Source: an uncultured Desulfospira sp. (GTDB taxonomy: Bacteria > Desulfobacterota > Desulfobacteria > Desulfobacterales > Desulfobacteraceae). Taken from it: a DNA stretch of 64,000 nt. How positions within the stretch are numbered: position 1 is the stretch's first letter; each line of letters starts with the position of its first letter. The notes under the pieces were generated by a model. It was not told where the DNA came from, searched no databases, and saw only the letters and a program-made list of their open reading frames with translations. Of the stretch, positions 42,001-49,397 are shown piece by piece. The position numbers and the translations under genes are program-made. The stretch lies in assembly GCA_963663165.1 (NCBI GenBank), contig OY760175.1, positions 3,520,001-3,584,000 on the forward strand. Direction: 5' to 3'.

Positions 42001-45000
42001 TCCAGGGTCAGTTCAAGTTCATCCGGCGCATTGGCCGGCACATCAATGGCCATGGCCTGGGATTCAAAGCGGTCGCCGGATGCAATCCGGGCCACGGTCC
42101 GGCCGTTGGCAAGCTTGACCACGCTGCTGCCCAGAACCTGGGTATAAGTTCCCGTGGAAAGGATGTTGCCGTCTTCATCACTGAGGTACAGGGTGATGTC
42201 CAGGGAAGCGCTGCCGTCGGATTCAGCGGTAACGATCTCGATTTCTTCATCCCCGGTATTTTCCAGGGTAAAGGCAATCTGGCCCGTACCGCCCCGGACA
42301 AACTCGTTATTGGTAAAGGACAGCTGGAGCATGCCGATGCCCACGCTGATTTCACTGTTGGTCCCGATTTGGACCAGTTCCCCCTCATTGGGGGTGATCT
42401 CAATTGCCGAATAAAGGGCGGCCGTATCGGGCAGGTCACTGTATCCGCCGACCACCACCGGCACGGTTAAGGACTGTCCGGCCCCAAGGTCAAAGCTTTG
42501 GGACACATGCTCAACCCCTTCCACGGTGACCCTTAAGACGGCATCTGCCACATCAGAAGACCCGCTGTTGGTCACGATGTAGTCAAGCCGGTTCATCAGC
42601 CCGCGTCTCAGGCTTGCATCTTCGCCCAGGGTGGCCGTCATCAGCGGCAGGACAATGCTGCGGCCAAGGCTCTGCTGGCCATCGGTATTTTCGGCAAAAA
42701 CCGTATACCGCCGTTCACTGCCGTCAAATGTCTCATCGGTAAAAACGGATGCCGTCACCAGGGCGGTGTTAAGCTGTACGGCACTGCCCTCGGGTCCCTG
42801 GTAGATATCATAACCCGCGATACTTGACCCGGAATGGGTCCAGGAAATCTCCGGATTGCCATCATCCACCCGGATCACCGTCAAGGTTTCAACGGGCAGC
42901 AGTTCAAAGTCAAGGTAACCCGTCCCGGACGGGACAGACTCGTTACCGGCCTGGTCCACCGCCGTCACCGCGTAACAGTGGTGGCTGGCCGATGGGCTTG
43001 TATCTATAGCTGCGATACCCTCAATTCCTGTATGGACGGACACCAGTCCTTCAACAGAATTAAATACGGTGTTGGCGTCCCCGGCACCCCGGTACAGGGA
43101 ATAGGTAAGGGTCTGTGTTGAAGCGGATACCGATGGGGTCCAGGCCGCCTGTATCCCCTGGGGGGTCAGGGTCAGGGTAAAGTTGGTCGGCGCGTCCGGC
43201 GCTGTGGCGTCAGAGACAACGTTAATGGGGTCACACATATCGCTTTGGGCTGTCTCGCCGTTTTCATGGCGCAGGCTGGCCAGGGCATAGGTATAGGTGC
43301 CTTCTGTTTCAGGCTCGTCTGTGTATTCCGTAACCGCACCCAGGGTTGCCAGCTCGGTCAGTTCCGATTCCCCGGGAGCCATGCGGTAAAGTTTATACCC
43401 GGATGCCAGGTCCACGGCATCCCAGGAAAGCTTTATCTTTCCAAGGGGCAGTCCGGTGCCGGTGAAGTTTTCGGGCACATCCAGGGGCGGCAGGTCTCCC
43501 TGATAAACCTGAAAAGTATTGGCTGCGGTAATTTTGCCGGACAAATTGTCCAGATCATCCACAGCTGAATAGGTAAACTTCAGGGTTTCGGCCTGGGCTT
43601 CTCCGGCATTGGCCGGCAGGGTAAACGCGGCCTGCCAGGTCTGGGCATGGCCGTCCATGGTGCTGATCCGGCTGATGGCGTCAATAGTGACCGGACTTGC
43701 CTGTGTAATGGAAAGGGTATAGGCCAGTGCCGGCGCCTGTCCGTCTTTAACGGCTTCGGTCAGCCCGAGTACAACCGTTATATCAACAGGTTCAACCGGA
43801 TTAGTTCCCTCTTTTTCGTTCTTTACAGGGGCCCCGGGGGTTATCCGGATATCCGCCAGGACCGGGCCGTCCGTGTCAATGGTTACGGAACCGCCTGAAG
43901 CGATACTGTCCCCCCGGTTCCCGGCCTCGTCTTTGGCTGAGAATACGGCATAGGCCGTGCCCGTGGGCGTATCTGAATCAATGACAAACAAGCCGGAGTA
44001 GACCAGGTCGGAATCCTGATCCAGGTCAACGGTCATGGGAACGGCCCCCACCGGGTTAATGCTCAGGAAGGGGGTGGTGGCAAGGGGTTCGCTGACCCTA
44101 AGGGTCAGGTAGACAATCCCGGGTCCCATGCGGCCGGTACCGGCATCATAGGGACCGGTGGGCGAGTATTCAATGGACACAGCCTGAGGGGCCACCCGGT
44201 CCGATCCCCCTGACACCACACTGGACAACGGGCTTTCATTGCCGGCATAGTCCACGGCTGTAACCGCATAATAATATATTCCGTCCTGTCCGGGCAGGTC
44301 TTTATACAAGGTTGCCGTGATCAGGCCCGTATTGAGCAAAGCGGCCTGGCCTACAGTCGTAAATGCTGAATCCGACCGGTAAAGGTGATACCCCGCCACC
44401 GTGGTGTCCAGGGGCTTGCTCCAGCTAAGGGACACAACGCCCGAAGCCTGGGACTGGGCTTTAAGGTGTTTGGGACTTTCAGGAACGGAGCGGTCCAGGG
44501 TTACCGTAATAACGGCACTCAAAGGCCCGGCCCCTTTCCGGTTAACCGCTTGAAAGGTCAGCTCATTGTTTCCGTCCGTCAGGGTCACCGTACCTGAAAA
44601 GCTGCCGTTAAAGGCACTGAGGGTGGCCGCAAGGGTGCCGTTCTGGTAGACTTTCACGGATGTGACGTCTGCTGATACGGTTCCGGCAACCGCCAGTATG
44701 GGATTGCTGGTGGTCAGGCCTGAAACCGGCTGGGTAACATTCGGGGCATCGGGCAAAGAAAGTGCCAGTTCCCCGGTAAAGGTTTTCTGGGATGAATACC
44801 CGGTGGTGGAATGAACCGCCACACGCAATTCAAAATCGCCGTCCGTCAGGCTGCTCACCGGCACAACCCCGCTCAATCCGTCACCGGCCGAGGTATCCTG
44901 GGCCAGCAGGCGCCAGGCGCCATCCGGCAGATCCCTGCCGTAAATATTGGCCATGGCAATGCCGTCTGCATCGGCAGCGGTCACGGCAACGGTTACGGTT

Positions 45001-47258
45001 GCCGTTGTAAAGGTAAATCCGTCACCCAGCGCCGCCCCCTGGGCCGTAACACCGGTGATCACCGGAGACAGCCTTAAGGTGTAGCTTGCTTTTGCCGGCC
45101 AGTAATCCTCATTGCCGTCCTGGATGGCGGTCACGGTAACGGGTCCGCCCTGAAGCACGGTGAAGATATCTGAATCAACCGTGGCAATCGATGTGTTGCT
45201 TGACACAAACCGGACTAAAAGCCCGCTGGTGGCCGTGGCGGTCAGTGCAGAACCAGCAACCGGTTCGGTAAAATTGACGGTTTGACTTTCTTTGGTTCCT
45301 GAAACCGAGGACACCGCCGGATTCAGACCGTCAGAAACATTAACGGCGGCCACGGCAAAATAATACCCTGAAACATCCGAGATGGTGCCCAGGGATGCCT
45401 GGGTACCGGACAGGGTTGTCACAGGCGTCAGGCCGGTGACATCTACAATGGGTGAACTATCTTTGTAAACCGCATAATATTGCAGCAGGCCTGAAGATCC
45501 TGCCGCATCCCAGGTCAGATAGACGTTATCGCCGTCAGCGGTAATAGAGACATTTTCCGGATTGGCAAGCCAGGTGGCACCGGTAACGGAGTTGCCTTGA
45601 CTCTCATTGCCGAACTTGTCCACCGTGGTGATCTTAAAGGGATACCCGGTGGCTGCGGACAGGTCTGTCGTCGTCCAGGATGTCTGGTCTGCGGCCAGCG
45701 TAAGCGGCTCGGTGCTGCCGCCAAAATAAATCAGATAATGGGATAAGAATGATCCCGCCCCTTCAGGGGGATCCCAGGTAAAGGTAAGGCTGGTTTCATC
45801 GCTTTGGACCGCCAGGTTGGAAACCTCTCCCACACCGGACACCGATGTCAGGCCCGAGCGGGCATAGACCGTGGCATTATAATTGCCCATTGCGTCTTTG
45901 GCCACCACGGCAAAATAGCGGATGGCCCCACCGGGCAGACCGGAAAGGGTATACTGCTGAATACCCGCCCCAACTGAGGCAAAGGGGACCATGCCGGTAA
46001 CGTCCGTAAAAAATGCGGTACTCACATAAATATCATATTGCAGCACATCCAGCTGGACCGCCTCTTCATAACTGCTCCAGTCCAGGATCACCGCGCTGTA
46101 TTCGTCAGAAGCGGTTTCTACGGAAAAACCGCTGTCGCTGCCCGTGACCGGGTCCGGCACCGCTGAATCCGGGGTAAGGATGGATGCGGCCCGGGATATG
46201 ATCTCTTGGAACGGTATGGGCTTTTGGTTGCCGGTGAACAGTGACACTTCTCGGGAAATTACCTGGGGACTAAGCACATATGAGGCTGAATACACAACGG
46301 TTTCGTTATAGTTGCCCAGGCCGTCTACGGGCACCACGGCAAAATAATAATCGGTGAAGGCGGTCAGCCCTTCAAGGGTGACAGAGGTACTCTCTGCCGA
46401 GACACTGACCACGGAAAGTCCTTGTGCCGGAACCGTGTCAAAGGGGCCGTCGCTGGTGTAATAGATGTCAAATCGGGTAATATCCGCCTGGGACCACTGG
46501 TCATAGCTTTCCCAATCCAGGGTGACCGTACTGCCGTCACCGGAGACGGTGATCACCGGATCATCCACGATGTCCGGGGGATCGTTTGTAACCGAGACAA
46601 TACTCACCGATCTTGACACCGGCGAGCTTAAGGCGACATCCCTGGGCCCTGCATCAACAAACAGGGTCATTTCCCGGGAAACCACCTCGGGGCAGAGTAC
46701 ATACCCGGCCGCGTATGAGACATCGGGGTCTGAATTGCCCAGACCGTCCACGGGCACCACCACAAAAAAATGATCCGTAAACTCGGGCAGATTTTCAATG
46801 GTAACGGTTGTGGTTTCAGCCGATACGGTGATGGTGTTCAGGCCTTCGGCATTAAGATCGGTAATGGGGCCGTCGGATGAATAATAGATCACAAACTCAA
46901 CAACATCCCCGACAGACCACTGGTCATAGCTGCTCCAGTCCAGAACCGCCGTATCCCCGGTGGGGGACAGGGTAACGTCAAGGTCTTCTATAGGTGCGGG
47001 CGCCGTGCTGTCTACATTTAACAGCCCCACACTCCGGCTTGTGATTTCACGGATTTCATCGGGCCGGCCATTGGGAACAAACAGGGACACCTCTTTGGAA
47101 AAGACCTCATTAATTCCCGGGCCTTTCTCAAATCTGATGATACTGGTTTCCCTGGAAAAAACCTCCTTAATCAGGATGGTTTCATCGGCAAACCCCTGGG
47201 CCGTAAGCCCGTACAAAAGGGCAAAAAAAGCGACTGCGGCAAGAACAAACCGGTGCAT
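36066..47258 (-). CDS. Giant Sec-exported FN3/Ig-RHS (YD-repeat) protein, 3730 aa, with RHS core and 143-aa Cys-rich C-terminal domain
   Basis: Signal peptide [24 protein letters not shown]; many FN3 repeats; DUF6531-like VNLMSGDY...LAVRRYY; YD repeats; core [37 protein letters not shown]...[10 protein letters not shown]. Confidence 0.95.
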   Translation of the reverse strand: [3730 protein letters not shown]

Positions 47259-47297
47259 GGCGGACTCTCCCCCCTAACGATCAGGGTGATTCAGGTT

Positions 47298-48725
47298 TTA
47301 GGGCCGGATCACTTTAACCTGTACGGCAGCATACCCGGTGGAAACCGGCAGCTCCGCTGTCCAACGGATCGTGAGTGGATCTTCACCAACCTGTACTTTA
47401 TCTTCGGCATCTACCTCCACCTCAGTATAAGTAGCATTAAACTTGGGGGTAACCCGGACCTTAACCGTGGACTCCCACTCAACATTCGTGGTCTCAATCA
47501 ACACCGAGGCCGTGGACACCTCATCAAGGACCACATCTGCACCGTTGGTCCCAAAAGAGGCATAGGGGTCATCCGGGCTCTCCACTGTCTGCTCCTCTCC
47601 CTCCGGGCCATAAGTAAAGGAAATAATCTTTACCGTTGGAGCAGTGGACGGCGGCCATATAACCGGTGCGGTATTGTCCTCAAGAGCCAAAAGGCTGGCG
47701 TCAGGCGTAACAGCCAAAGTATTGCTGTTATTTACCCTTTCAATGCGGATACGCCCATCGCCGCCAGTCTGATAGCCGCCGCCGCCGATAGCTTCCACGA
47801 TTCCCGTCCCAGCCAGGGTGGTGGCCACAAGCCTTATGCCGCCGCCACTTCCGCCGCCGGTTTCTGAAGAAGAGTAGTTTCTGCCCGTCCCCCCATCGGC
47901 CTGGATGATGCCGTTAACGGTAAGGGTGCCCTGACAGATAATGAGTATGGCACCGCCTCCGCCTCCGCCTCCATATGGCCTTTCCGGGTCACCACCGCCC
48001 CCGGACCCACCGATCAAAGGGACAAGGGCCGGATTTCCATATGTCTCGGGTCCCCCACCACCTTGTGTTCCATAGCTGCCGGCATAACCACGGTAGGATA
48101 TCCGCCCCCCGCCGCCGGGCCCCAAGCCTGCAGCGCCTGTAGCACTGGCAGAATAGGTACCATCTTCGTCCTGATAGGTACCCATCCCCCCCCTGAAGCC
48201 GCCGGGGCCGGATTCGGCAAGCGTCGGAGAAGCCTGATAGCTCTGCCCGTTCAGGCTCAGGGTGCCGTTAATGGTCACATCTCCGCTGACCAGCCAGACC
48301 ACGGGGGCCCGCTTGGGATGGTTGGAAAAGCTTAACGTCACGCCGGAATCAACGGTAACGCTGGTATACTTAAACACCACCGCCCACTTGTCTCCATCAT
48401 AAATTCCTTTCCCGGCATTGGCCGAGTTGTCGGCACTCCAGATACCATCCTCAGCTTCAGACAGGTCAATCTGTGTATCAGTAGAAATTTGCAGCGCACT
48501 GTCAGAGTAGACACTTACATCCGGAATCGTTATCGCTGCCATGGCCTCAGGCACGGCAAATGCCAGAAACAGAAAGACAGCCAGGCAAAAAAGCCCGGCC
48601 CAGGAACCGCCGGACCTGGCCGGATTCCCCTCCGGTGCTGGTTTGAATTTAACAGAAAAAAAACGGGTTAACAAATAATCCCCGCCCACATATTGTTTTT
48701 GATGATCACCCCTGGACTTGCCCAT
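47298..48725 (-). CDS. Secreted glycine-rich protein (GGGSGG/GGGGG repeats), first gene of the RHS locus
   Basis: GGAGG RBS before ATG 48725; hydrophobic segment ending EAMA|A; GPGGFRGG, YGNPALVPLIGGSGGGG, GGGGGGGAILI and GGGSGGGIRL motifs. Confidence 0.85.
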   Translation of the reverse strand: MGKSRGDHQKQYVGGDYLLTRFFSVKFKPAPEGNPARSGGSWAGLFCLAVFLFLAFAVPEAMAAITIPDVSVYSDSALQISTDTQIDLSEAEDGIWSADNSANAGKGIYDGDKWAVVFKYTSVTVDSGVTLSFSNHPKRAPVVWLVSGDVTINGTLSLNGQSYQASPTLAESGPGGFRGGMGTYQDEDGTYSASATGAAGLGPGGGGRISYRGYAGSYGTQGGGGPETYGNPALVPLIGGSGGGGDPERPYGGGGGGGAILIICQGTLTVNGIIQADGGTGRNYSSSETGGGSGGGIRLVATTLAGTGIVEAIGGGGYQTGGDGRIRIERVNNSNTLAVTPDASLLALEDNTAPVIWPPSTAPTVKIISFTYGPEGEEQTVESPDDPYASFGTNGADVVLDEVSTASVLIETTNVEWESTVKVRVTPKFNATYTEVEVDAEDKVQVGEDPLTIRWTAELPVSTGYAAVQVKVIRP

Positions 48726-48832
48726 GTGTCCCTCCAAATTGATATAATGTAGTGCTTTTAGTTTTATAAATTCACGACCCGGCACACCGGATCACATTTT
48801 TTTCAATAAAGAACGGTAACAATATAAATAAA

Positions 48833-48983
48833 AGCAATTTTCGTACCTGAATCGTACAAAAATATTTATCCTTATTATATCAACAGGTTATTTATTTAAC
48901 GCAAAATTTCGCCGACGAGGATTATTACTTTTTTTACACACATTGTGGAAAAAACTTCACAATGTGTCCAAAAAAATTCACAC
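48833..48983 (-). promoter_or_regulatory. Sigma54-type promoter module: -24/-12 box, IHF site and upstream enhancer palindrome
   Basis: CAGGTACGAAAATTGCT (GG-N10-GC, 48833-49); TATCAACAGGTTA is an exact WATCAANNNNTTR match (48878-90); ACACATTGTG-N10-CACAATGTGT (48938-67). Confidence 0.7.
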
Positions 48984-49261
48984 TTCGTACTCCCTGGATC
49001 AAAAGATCGCCGGCGATCATCAAAAGGGAAAAAAAGGAGGCCAGCGAAAGGAAACGGGAGACCGGATGGTGCGAAATCTACATACAGAAGTATAGCGGGA
49101 TAGTTTCTACCCCTTGGGATATGCTTCTCTGTGGTGTTTGGCGCAAGTCAAACCTCTGTGCCCCTCGGTGGTTTAAAACAAGAAATCCCGAAGGGTTTGA
49201 AAGGTTCTTATAACCTTTTTAGGATGTTAAAATCGATGGCTTCGCCCTCTTTTTTATATAT

Positions 49262-49331
49262 TCACGCAAAGGCGCTAAGGCGCAAAGAATTTCACTGTCC
49301 AAAAAAATTTAATCTTTGCGCCTTTGCGTGA
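49262..49331. repeat. Octamer-periodic inverted repeat (CGCAAAGG) downstream of glnE; possible terminator
   Basis: TCACGCAAAGGCGCTAAGGCGCAAAGA ... TCTTTGCGCCTTTGCGTGA. Confidence 0.6.
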
Positions 49332-49397
49332 TTTTTTAGTTTTTTTTTGCAATCAGACTGCAAAATATCCGCATCCGAATGAAGAAAAATCACGTTT

